DNA of 64,000 nucleotides from an uncultured Alphaproteobacteria bacterium (GTDB lineage Bacteria; Pseudomonadota; Alphaproteobacteria; Rhizobiales; Hyphomicrobiaceae): NCBI GenBank assembly GCA_963697205.1, contig CAVONB010000009.1, positions 25,833 to 89,832 of the forward strand, read 5' to 3'. Shown piece by piece: positions 59,061 to 64,000 of this stretch (position 1 is its first letter; each line of letters starts with the position of its first letter). The notes under the pieces were generated by a model. It saw only the letters and a program-made list of their open reading frames with translations, ran no database searches and was not told where the DNA came from. The position numbers and the translations under genes were made by a program.

Positions 59061-59411
59061 ATGCCGACGCAACCCGAGCGTGGTCTTGACGCGATGCGCT
59101 GGGCGCACGAGCTGCGCACACTGCCCGAGATCCCCGGCTACGAGGTCGGCATGCGCATCGTGCGCCGCGGCCCCGGTGTCCAGGGCAAGGCGCACTACCA
59201 CCCGGGCGGGCACGAGTGGTTCACGATCGCCAGCGGCAGCCTGATGTTCACCAAGGGCGATGCGCCGGCCAAGCTGTTCAGAGCAGGGGAGGGCGACCAC
59301 ATCGCGCCCGACGTCGTCCACCACGGCCGCAACCCCAGCGACACCGAGACGGTCGAGATCGTGCTGTTCTACCTGAAGCCGGTCGGCGTGCCGGTGCTCG
59401 TCGAAGCCTGA
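59061..59411 (+). CDS. Cupin domain protein
   Basis: 116 aa with two His-containing cupin motifs (HYHPGGHEW ... PDVVHHG). Confidence 0.7.
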   Translation: MPTQPERGLDAMRWAHELRTLPEIPGYEVGMRIVRRGPGVQGKAHYHPGGHEWFTIASGSLMFTKGDAPAKLFRAGEGDHIAPDVVHHGRNPSDTETVEIVLFYLKPVGVPVLVEA

Positions 59412-59646
59412 GTAACAGCCACCGCGAATGAATTTGCCCCGACCGCCGATGGCGGCGATGACACTTCGCGCGGCGATGACCGACCGTAGGACGCCAACGC
59501 CGACCCAAGGCAGAAGGGGGAAAAATTTGCTTATTTTATAGAAAAAATATGGTTTCAGTGGAATTTTTTTTCATCCTCTGCTGGTATCCGCCCGCCGTCA
59601 TCCACCGACAGCTTTGACGGCACGCGAACCATCGGAAGGACATCCC

Positions 59647-60666
59647 ATGCCGTCTCATGCTGCAGCCGACCATCCCGCCCGGTCGACATCGGCCATCGCC
59701 GGACGCATGGCGTGCATGCTGGCGGCTGCGGCGGTGGCGCTGCTCGGTCTCGCGACCGGGACCGGCCCCGCGCGCGCCGCCGACCTGGTGAAGGAGGTCC
59801 GCATCGACTGGGCGACCTACAACCCCGTGTCGATCGTGATGAAGAACCAGGGCCTGTTGGAGAAGGCCTTCGCCAAGGACGGCATCGCCATCCGCTGGGT
59901 ACAGACGCTGGGCTCCAACAAGGCGCTCGAGTTCCTCAACGCCGGCTCGATTGATTTCGGCTCGACAGCGGGAGCGGCGGCCCTGGTCGGGCGGATCAAC
60001 GGCAATCCCATCCGCGCCATCTACGCCTATTCGCGTCCCGAATGGACCGCGCTCGTCACGCGCAAGGATACCGCCATCAACGCCATCGCCGACCTGAAAG
60101 GCAAGCGCGTCGCCGTCACGCGCGGCACCGACCCGCATATCTTCCTCGTGCGCGCGCTGCAAAAGGCCGGTCTCACGGAGAAGGACGTGCGCCTCGTCCT
60201 CCTGCAGCATCCCGACGGCCGCCTGGCACTGTCGCGCGGCGACGTCGACGCGTGGGCGGGCCTTGATCCGATGATGGCGACGGCCGAGATCCAGGAAGGC
60301 GCGCGGCTCTTCTATCGCGATCCCGCCGCCAACACCTGGGGCGTGCTCAACGTGCGCGAGGCGTTCGCTAAGGATCACCCCGCCATCGTCAAGCGCGTAC
60401 TCGCCGTCTACGAGCAGGCGCGGCAATGGTCGCTCGCCAACAAGGATCAGCTCAAGGCGCAGTTCGCCGCCGCCACCAAGCTCCCCGCCGACGTCGTCGC
60501 CCGCCAGATCGACCAGCGCACCGATCTCACCCAGCCGAAGATCGGCGACGCGCAGAAGGCTTCGATCCTCGCTGCCGGACTGGCGTTGCAGAGGGCCGGC
60601 GTGATCAAGGCGGATGTCGACGTCAAGGCTGCCGTCGACGCGCTGCTCGACGCCTCGTTCAATTGA
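59647..60666 (+). CDS. ABC transporter substrate-binding protein, NitT/TauT (aliphatic sulfonate/taurine/nitrate) family
   Basis: Signal peptide region MACMLAAAAVALLGLATGTGPARA. SsuA-like blocks (GSIDFGSTAGAAAL, GKRVAVTRGTDPH). Confidence 0.8.
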   Translation: MPSHAAADHPARSTSAIAGRMACMLAAAAVALLGLATGTGPARAADLVKEVRIDWATYNPVSIVMKNQGLLEKAFAKDGIAIRWVQTLGSNKALEFLNAGSIDFGSTAGAAALVGRINGNPIRAIYAYSRPEWTALVTRKDTAINAIADLKGKRVAVTRGTDPHIFLVRALQKAGLTEKDVRLVLLQHPDGRLALSRGDVDAWAGLDPMMATAEIQEGARLFYRDPAANTWGVLNVREAFAKDHPAIVKRVLAVYEQARQWSLANKDQLKAQFAAATKLPADVVARQIDQRTDLTQPKIGDAQKASILAAGLALQRAGVIKADVDVKAAVDALLDASFN

Positions 60667-60685
60667 GCCGGGCGGGCCGCACATC

Positions 60686-61540
60686 ATGTCCGAGACACTG
60701 ATCGTGAGCGCATCACGCGAGCCGGTCGTGCTGCATGCCGATGAGCGCGCGCCGTCGTCGACGCCGTCAAAGCCGTCCGGCTCGGGATGGCTGCTCGGCC
60801 TGATCGTGCCCGTAGCACTCGCGCTCGGCTGGGAGGTGGTGGTGTGGACCGGCATGGCCGAAGGCCGGCTGATGCCGCCGCCGTCGCGCATCCTCGCGAC
60901 GCTTGTGGAACTCGCCGCGAGCGGAGAGCTGTGGCGGCACGTCGCCGCCACCACCGCACGCGTCGCCGCAGGCTTCGCGATCGGGGTTCTCGCCGGCACG
61001 CTGGGCGGCGCCGCCGTCGCCTATTCACGTCTTGCTGGCCGGCTGCTCGACCCCACGCTGCAGGGCCTGCGCGCCATTCCCTCCATCGCCTGGGTCCCGC
61101 TGTTCATCCTTTGGCTCGGCATCTTCGAGGCCTCCAAGGTCGCGCTGATCGCGGTCGGCGTGTTCTTTCCCGTCTACCTCGGTGTGATGGCCGCGATCGG
61201 CGACGTCGATCGCAAGATCGTCGAGGTCGGCCGCATCTATCGGTTGTCGGGTGCCGCGCTCGTGCGCCGCATCCTGCTGCCCGCGATCCTGCCCTCCTAT
61301 GTGATCGCGCTGAGAAGTGGACTGGGGCTCGGCTGGATGTTCGTCGTCGCCGCCGAGTTCATGGGCGCGTCCGAAGGCCTGGGCTATCTGCTGGTCGATG
61401 GCCAGCAACTCGGCAAGCCCGAGCAGATCGTCGCCGCCATCATCGCCTTCGCGATCATCGGCAAGATCACCGACGGCTTGCTGGCGTTGGCCTTCCGGCC
61501 GTTTCTGCGCTGGCAGGACGCCTTCGGATCGGATCGCTAG
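60686..61540 (+). CDS. ABC transporter permease, NitT/TauT family
   Basis: ATG 60686. 6 TM. EAA-type loop (VEVGRIYRLSGAALVRRILLPAILP). Confidence 0.85.
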   Translation: MSETLIVSASREPVVLHADERAPSSTPSKPSGSGWLLGLIVPVALALGWEVVVWTGMAEGRLMPPPSRILATLVELAASGELWRHVAATTARVAAGFAIGVLAGTLGGAAVAYSRLAGRLLDPTLQGLRAIPSIAWVPLFILWLGIFEASKVALIAVGVFFPVYLGVMAAIGDVDRKIVEVGRIYRLSGAALVRRILLPAILPSYVIALRSGLGLGWMFVVAAEFMGASEGLGYLLVDGQQLGKPEQIVAAIIAFAIIGKITDGLLALAFRPFLRWQDAFGSDR

Positions 61541-61550
61541 TGGTGAGCCC

Positions 61551-62327
61551 ATGTTGACGCTCGACCGGGTCGCCAAGACCTATCCGAACGGGACCCAGGC
61601 GCTCCACGACATCACGCTGGACGTGCGCCCGGGCGAGATCCTCGCCGTGATCGGCGGTTCGGGCTGTGGCAAGAGCACGCTCCTGCGCATCGTCTCCGGC
61701 CTTGATCGTCCAACCGCCGGCGGCGTCGCGGTCGATGGCACTGGGATCGACGGACCGCTTCCGATGGTCGGCATGATCTTCCAGGAGCCGCGCCTGCTGC
61801 CGTGGTTGACCGTCGCCGGCAACGTCGCGTTCGGGATCGCGCATCTGGACGCCGCCGAGCGCGCTCGCCGCGTCACCCAGACGCTTGCCAGCGTCGGTCT
61901 TTCCGAGCTTCGAGATCGCTGGCCGCGCGAGCTGTCCGGCGGCCAGGGCCAGCGCGTCGCCATCGCGCGCGCACTGGCTGCCCGGCCCTCGGTGCTGCTG
62001 CTCGACGAGCCCTTCTCCGCGCTCGATGCCTTCACCCGCGCCGATCTGCAGGACCACCTGCTCGAGCTGTGGGCGGCAGCACGCCTGACGATGGTGCTCG
62101 TCACCCACGACATCGACGAGGCCCTTCTGCTGGCTGACCGCATCGTCGTCATGCGCCCCGCGCCCGGCCGCATCGCGCGCGATATAAGTCTTGATCTGCC
62201 CAGGCCGCGTGATCGATTGTCGGCTTTCTACGAGGCTGAGAAACGCCGCGTGCTCCTGGCACTCGACGAGACGCTGATGCACCGGCGCACGCGTGCACCG
62301 TCCGCCGCCGAGACCTTCAGCATCTGA
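61551..62327 (+). CDS. ABC transporter ATP-binding protein, NitT/TauT family
   Basis: ATG 61551. GGSGCGKST, LSGGQGQR, LLLDEPF. Confidence 0.9.
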   Translation: MLTLDRVAKTYPNGTQALHDITLDVRPGEILAVIGGSGCGKSTLLRIVSGLDRPTAGGVAVDGTGIDGPLPMVGMIFQEPRLLPWLTVAGNVAFGIAHLDAAERARRVTQTLASVGLSELRDRWPRELSGGQGQRVAIARALAARPSVLLLDEPFSALDAFTRADLQDHLLELWAAARLTMVLVTHDIDEALLLADRIVVMRPAPGRIARDISLDLPRPRDRLSAFYEAEKRRVLLALDETLMHRRTRAPSAAETFSI

Positions 62328-62345
62328 CGCCGCCTGAACCGACCA

Positions 62346-62867
62346 ATGGAGACCATCATGGACGCCACCAGTCTTCGCAATCTTCAAGCTCCCATCAAGG
62401 ACAAGTACCGCCAGACCCCCGATGCCGCACGCATCACGCTGAAGGCGAAGGGATCGCTCGACGACAGCCACATCGCCTGCAAGGTGGAAACCGGCCGCGC
62501 GCTGGCCGTTGCGGGCCTGCACCCTGCGACCGGCGGTTCGGGCGTGGAGCTGTGCTCGGGCGACATGTTGCTCGAGGCGCTCGTGGCGTGCGCGGGCGTG
62601 ACGCTGAAGGCGGTCGCGACCGCCATCGACGTGCCCCTGAAAAGCGCCAGCGTATTTGCCGAAGGCGACCTCGACTTCCGCGGCACGCTCGGCGTCGACA
62701 AGGGCGCGGCGGTGGGCTTCGAGGCGATCCGCCTCAGGTTCGAGGTCGACACCGACGCCCCCCAGGAAAAGGTTGACCAGCTCCTGAAGCTGACCGAGCG
62801 CTATTGCGTCGTCTTTCAGACGCTGAACACGAAGCCGGAATTGTCCGCAAGCCTCTTACGCGCATGA
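62346..62867 (+). CDS. OsmC family peroxiredoxin-like protein
   Basis: 173 aa with the two conserved Cys contexts (LVACAGVT, ERYCVV). Confidence 0.8.
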   Translation: METIMDATSLRNLQAPIKDKYRQTPDAARITLKAKGSLDDSHIACKVETGRALAVAGLHPATGGSGVELCSGDMLLEALVACAGVTLKAVATAIDVPLKSASVFAEGDLDFRGTLGVDKGAAVGFEAIRLRFEVDTDAPQEKVDQLLKLTERYCVVFQTLNTKPELSASLLRA

Positions 62868-62945
62868 GACCGGCGCGGCGCCGCGCCGCTTGCGCGTCCC
62901 GCGACCCAGGGCGCATCATGGCGTCTCCACGAAGGGAGACGTCCC

Positions 62946-63650
62946 ATGACCGACGCGCCGTTCGCCCCGCGCGACTGGGCGGCACACCCGCCATACATCT
63001 ATCCGCCCTATCGCTCGACGCCGCTCAGGGGACCGACCCGGCCGCTCGTCCCTCTGCGCCAGACGCTGAGCGAGCTGACCGGTCCCGTCTACGGCCACGA
63101 GGTCGTCGGCGCGCTGGACTGGGACCTGACGCGCAACGCGCGCAAGACCGGCGAGCCGCTGGGCGAGAGAATCGTCGTCACCGGCCGCGTGCTCGACGAG
63201 GATGGCCGCGCGATCCCCGACGCCCTGATCGAAATCTGGCAGGCGAATGCAGCGGGTCGCTACATCCACCTCGTCGATCAGCACGACGCCCCCCTCGATG
63301 CCAACTTCTTCGGCGGCGGCCGCTGTGTCAGCGACGCCGAAGGGCGCTACCGCTTCTATTCGGTCAAGCCCGGCGCCTATCCCTGGGGCAATCATCACAA
63401 CGCCTGGCGGCCCAACCACATTCACTTCTCGCTCTTCGGCCCGTCGTTCCTCACGCGCCTCGTCACGCAGATGTATTTTCCCGGCGACCCGCTGCTCGAT
63501 CTCGATCCGATCTACCAGTCGAGCCCGCCGGGCGTGCGCGAGCGCCTCGTTGCCAAATTCTCGATCGACGTGACCGAGCCGGGCTTCGCACTCGGCTATG
63601 TCTTCGACATCGTGCTGCGCGGGCGCGCGGCAACGCCGATGGAGACGTGA
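62946..63650 (+). CDS. pcaH: Protocatechuate 3,4-dioxygenase beta subunit
   Basis: IEIWQANAAGRYIH, PGAYPWGNHHNAWRPNHIHFSLFG. Confidence 0.92.
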   Translation: MTDAPFAPRDWAAHPPYIYPPYRSTPLRGPTRPLVPLRQTLSELTGPVYGHEVVGALDWDLTRNARKTGEPLGERIVVTGRVLDEDGRAIPDALIEIWQANAAGRYIHLVDQHDAPLDANFFGGGRCVSDAEGRYRFYSVKPGAYPWGNHHNAWRPNHIHFSLFGPSFLTRLVTQMYFPGDPLLDLDPIYQSSPPGVRERLVAKFSIDVTEPGFALGYVFDIVLRGRAATPMET

Positions 63651-63654
63651 GCCG

Positions 63655-64000
63655 ATGACGAAGAAGCTTGGACAGACACCGTCGCAGACCGTCGGCCCCT
63701 ATTTCGCCTACGGCCTGTCGCCCGGCCAGTACGGCTATGCCGCACTAACCTCCATTGCAGGAAGTGAGTTGGCCGGTGCCGAAACCGATGGTGAGCGCAT
63801 CCGCATCGAGGGCCGCGTGCTCGATGCTGAGGGCACGCCGATCGACGACGCGATGATCGAGATCTGGCAGGCCGATGCGCAGGGCCGCTATGCCCACCCT
63901 GCCGATCCGCGCGCCTCCAACATGGCCTTCAAGGGCTTCGGTCGCTGCGGCACGGGAACCGATCCGGAAAAACGCTTCTGGTTCGACACCGTGAAGCCGG
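63655..64000 (+). CDS. pcaG: Protocatechuate 3,4-dioxygenase alpha subunit, 3' end outside window
   Basis: ATG 63655, 5 nt after the pcaH stop. TPSQTVGPYF, IEIWQADAQGRY. Open to the window end. Confidence 0.9.
   Translation, partial: MTKKLGQTPSQTVGPYFAYGLSPGQYGYAALTSIAGSELAGAETDGERIRIEGRVLDAEGTPIDDAMIEIWQADAQGRYAHPADPRASNMAFKGFGRCGTGTDPEKRFWFDTVKP

Overview
This is a high-GC segment, about 65-72% G+C by hand counts on sampled lines. It is alphaproteobacterial in style (Rhizobiales/Bradyrhizobiaceae-like gene content) and has no rRNA, tRNA or CRISPR. All family calls rest on motif recognition by eye; no searches were run.

The flanks are ordinary metabolism and transport:
- Left, 1-14.1 kb: a DHDPS-like lyase, a Zn-ADH, an SdhA-like flavoprotein with a 2Fe-2S subunit, a DUF1445 hydro-lyase, an amidohydrolase, a five-gene Dpp/Opp-type peptide ABC operon and an M20 peptidase.
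- Right, 48.4-64 kb: tupBCA, gntK-gnd, two Bug/TctC binding proteins, a cyclase, a NOX-like ferric-reductase-domain protein, an MFS transporter, an Ssu-like ABC system, OsmC and pcaHG.

The middle, about 14.5-48.1 kb, is a mosaic accessory region:
1. A Pls-type single-module membrane NRPS (A-T followed by three repeats of [2 TM + LbH-like domain]) with its own Sfp-type PPTase, followed by a decayed integrase. This is the best candidate for an undescribed system: a cationic homopoly(amino acid) synthetase in a Gram-negative host.
2. A CusA/CzcA-type RND metal efflux module with an unusual fused adaptor and an amber-interrupted cupredoxin.
3. A GT21 glycosyltransferase, a receiver-only regulator and an LpxH/PlcP-like phosphoesterase, likely a membrane-lipid remodelling cluster.
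4. An intact IS1595-family element with an 8-bp target duplication.
5. Three tandem LuxR-type regulators, each carrying HTH modules at both termini, with a ~287-bp segment spanning each gene junction that is near-identical (2 mismatches) between the two junctions. They sit next to a lower-GC block of secreted proteins: a Cys-rich protein, a beta-helix protein, a PAN-astacin protease and two orphans.
6. A truncated HlyD-type remnant beside a giant RTX/cadherin protein containing an 894-bp tandem duplication.

Four otherwise conserved genes carry single-point disruptions (dppF-like, cupredoxin, RTX, gnd). This needs read-level checking.
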